A stretch of 63,561 nt of DNA, counting the filler, from Piptocephalis cylindrospora (lineage: Eukaryota): assembly GCA_003614145.1 (NCBI GenBank). It is 16 parts of 16 records of this genome, joined end to end, with 100 filler letters (N's around TTAATTAATTAA, not from the genome) between each part and the next. Parts side by side here need not be neighbours in the genome. Positions count along the whole stretch, not along the records: positions 59,698 to 63,561 come from KZ988613.1; 15 more parts are not named here. One strand, 5' to 3'. Of the stretch, positions 61,378 through 63,561 are shown piece after piece; the first letter of the stretch is position 1; every line of letters begins with the position of its first letter. Both the position numbers and the translations under genes were made by a program. The notes under the pieces were generated by a model. It had not been told where the DNA came from. It worked only from the letters and a program-made list of their open reading frames with translations, and ran no database searches.

Positions 61378-63561
61378 ATGGCACATGAAAAGGAGGTCCC
61401 TCTCCCGAGGATCTCTCAATGGTACATTGGCCTCATGATCATGACATGTGCCGTGGCCATCCCCATTCTGCACCATGTCCTTTCTCACGGAGTCCCGCCA
61501 TCGGGCCTGGTCTGGCTGAGCATCTCCCTGATCATCGGACATGTCCTTTCTGCATACTACATGTATGCGGAAAGGACACGTAACTCCTTTATCCAGTCGG
61601 CCATGTCCCACGAGCTTCGGACCCCGCTGCATGGGATGCTCGGAGCCCTGGAGGAGATGCGCTTTGAGAGCACACACCGCCGTCACGACCACGACCATGA
61701 TCATGATCATGATCCCTCCCCTCCCCTCACCCCCTTGACTCAGGTCCATGTCAGCGCCAGAGGGGATTCGCCGTGGATGCATGAATTAGAAAAATCGGCG
61801 CTTATCCTGGTGGACTTGTTTGGCAACATCACCTCCCACTCCCAAGCCCATCCTATCCTACCGAACCAGGGTACAGCCACCCGCGCCACCAAGGCCGTCC
61901 TCTTGTGCGACGAGGTTCTGGGTCGGGGTCTATGCAGATACCGAAGAAGGACCCATGCCCAGCTCGATCTTCTGTCCATTCAAGTGGCCGGGGAAACCTT
62001 AGAGAGGATCCTCAGGCCCATATGTACCAACGCCCTCAAGTTCTCTGCCTATCATCGAGAGCGTCCTGGCGCTCATCCGGGCCCTCGGGGAAGGAGGAGA
62101 CGCCAAAGACGCCAGCACCATCCCTCCATGGGAGGTCAGGTGTGGGTGAGGGTACGACGGCGATCGCGGGATGCATCCCTCCTGATCACCATAGGGGACA
62201 ATGGAATTGGCCTCGACCCGGCCCACATCATCACAGGTCGCTTTTGGCAGCCCTTTTGGACCTCCAAATCCGGGGGGCTCCAGGACAAGAAGACCCAAGG
62301 TCTGGGTCTGGGCATGAGCGTCGCCAAGGCCGTCGCTGACGCCGTGGGAATCCAGCTTGAGGCTCACTCTAGACTAGGTCGGGGGACAACTATCACCATG
62401 CGCATCCCCGGGCATCTCATCCTCCAGGAGGATCCCACCCGTCTCCCACCCACCGTCTCCCGTCGTTCCTCCTTGACCCTAACCGTCCCTAGCAAGCAAA
62501 CCTCGACCGACCTGTCCTCTCGATGGGATCGTGTCGAACATCTGGACCGAATTGCCCCTCCTGCCAGTAAACCCCCCCAAAACCCCCCCTCCTCCACCCA
62601 TGTACTAAAGAGCCTAATGGATCGTGGATCAAAGATGGCATATCGACGACGAGGATCCCTTCCCGCCAGGCTTGGTGTCAGCAACCAGCCCCCCGTGGTC
62701 CCTGAAGACATGCCCCTTGATCACACTTCCTATCCCCCTCCTCCTCCTCCTCTTCCTCCTCCTCCCCCTCCTCCCCCTCCTTATCATCACACCCCTCCAC
62801 TTCTCGATCCTCCTACTGAGCACCACCCCTACCGCCCCCCCCACCCCTGCTACTACCGCAGCGATACCTTCTTACACATCAGTGAACCCCCATCGTACTT
62901 TCCAATGGGCGCAGTACATCGCCGTCGTCGCTCCTCCCTCGCATCACTCTCATCGGCAAACACTGGAGCCTCCTCCTCCCCTCATTCCTTTCCTCCCACC
63001 CCACTCTCCCCACCAGATGTACAGATCAATCCAGTGACGGGTCACTTGATGCACAAGGTGATTGAGGGGAATGATAGGATAGGCGATCAGGGGTCCCACT
63101 CCCTTGTACCTGGCCCTATGGATGAACAGATGGTGATGCTGGCCGAGACGGTGGATCCCAAGATGATGCACGTCACTGAGGAGATGGAGCCTTTGATCCA
63201 TTCGGAGAGCACCTCAGCATCCGTAGGACTCCTCTCCCCCATCCCACCTACCCCCTCCACTAGACCCTTGGCACTGTGTGTAGATGACAATCCATTGAAC
63301 CTTCGACTTCTGGTCCGTCGGGCGGAAAAGTGCGGGTTTGACCATCTAGAGGCCGAGTCCGGGGAAGAGGCCGTGCATCAAATGGCCATATCCCCTAGTT
63401 GCCCGGACATTGTCTTCATGGACTACCATCTCCCGGGCATCAACGGCATCCAGGCCATCCGGGAGGTCCGCGCCCTCGCCGCCAACCGATGGGGCTCCCG
63501 GTGTCGTCAGATCATCTGGGTCATCTGTAGTGCGGATGACAGTAGTGTCCTACAACAGTCC
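61378..63561 (+). CDS. Membrane-bound hybrid histidine kinase (TM + HisKA + HATPase + receiver); 3' truncated; not in ORF track; 5' end obscured by poly-C
   Basis: MSHELRTPLHGMLG, ICTNALKFS, DNGIGL, GLGLGMSVAKAV; receiver CVDDNPLN...VFMDYHLPGINGI. Confidence 0.9.
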   Translation, partial: MAHEKEVPLPRISQWYIGLMIMTCAVAIPILHHVLSHGVPPSGLVWLSISLIIGHVLSAYYMYAERTRNSFIQSAMSHELRTPLHGMLGALEEMRFESTHRRHDHDHDHDHDPSPPLTPLTQVHVSARGDSPWMHELEKSALILVDLFGNITSHSQAHPILPNQGTATRATKAVLLCDEVLGRGLCRYRRRTHAQLDLLSIQVAGETLERILRPICTNALKFSAYHRERPGAHPGPRGRRRRQRRQHHPSMGGQVWVRVRRRSRDASLLITIGDNGIGLDPAHIITGRFWQPFWTSKSGGLQDKKTQGLGLGMSVAKAVADAVGIQLEAHSRLGRGTTITMRIPGHLILQEDPTRLPPTVSRRSSLTLTVPSKQTSTDLSSRWDRVEHLDRIAPPASKPPQNPPSSTHVLKSLMDRGSKMAYRRRGSLPARLGVSNQPPVVPEDMPLDHTSYPPPPPPLPPPPPPPPPYHHTPPLLDPPTEHHPYRPPHPCYYRSDTFLHISEPPSYFPMGAVHRRRRSSLASLSSANTGASSSPHSFPPTPLSPPDVQINPVTGHLMHKVIEGNDRIGDQGSHSLVPGPMDEQMVMLAETVDPKMMHVTEEMEPLIHSESTSASVGLLSPIPPTPSTRPLALCVDDNPLNLRLLVRRAEKCGFDHLEAESGEEAVHQMAISPSCPDIVFMDYHLPGINGIQAIREVRALAANRWGSRCRQIIWVICSADDSSVLQQS

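Overview
Eukaryotic, intron-containing fungal DNA. Gene content (kinesin-13, SelenoH homolog, bacterial-type CMP kinase, Skt5, hybrid His kinase, short GT-AG introns) suggests an early-diverging fungus, perhaps Zoopagomycota such as Piptocephalis; this is inference. The window is not one locus: it is 16 contigs of about 3.8-3.9 kb, roughly sorted by length and joined by artificial N-TTAATTAATTAA-N linkers, so gene neighbourhood across linkers means nothing. Several contig ends carry duplicated or inverted fragments typical of MDA/single-cell chimeras. Content is about 30 mostly housekeeping genes (CLPTM1, Pho85-type cyclin, GNA1, PRP40, KNL1/Spc7, GPH1, NDUFA8, MSW1, EBP2, YAR1, phosducin, SSK1, MCT, APD1/AIM32, Dbf4-ZnF, UTP6, PUP2, MCCA, SKT5, SphK-like, NHX1, kinesin-13), a tRNA-Ser(CGA), a dead Tc1, two solo LTRs and a family of 5'-truncated non-LTR inserts with TSDs. 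The best leads are: an intron-bearing, probably mitochondrial bacterial-type Cmk; a ~380-nt rod-like foldback upstream of GNA1; a membrane-anchored alpha-SNAP paralog; a GPI-type SOD lacking its copper ligands; a secreted DWNNGGYGSEE repeat protein; a Cys-type SelenoH with an inverted 5' half; and a metallothionein-like peptide. No multi-gene novel system can be supported.
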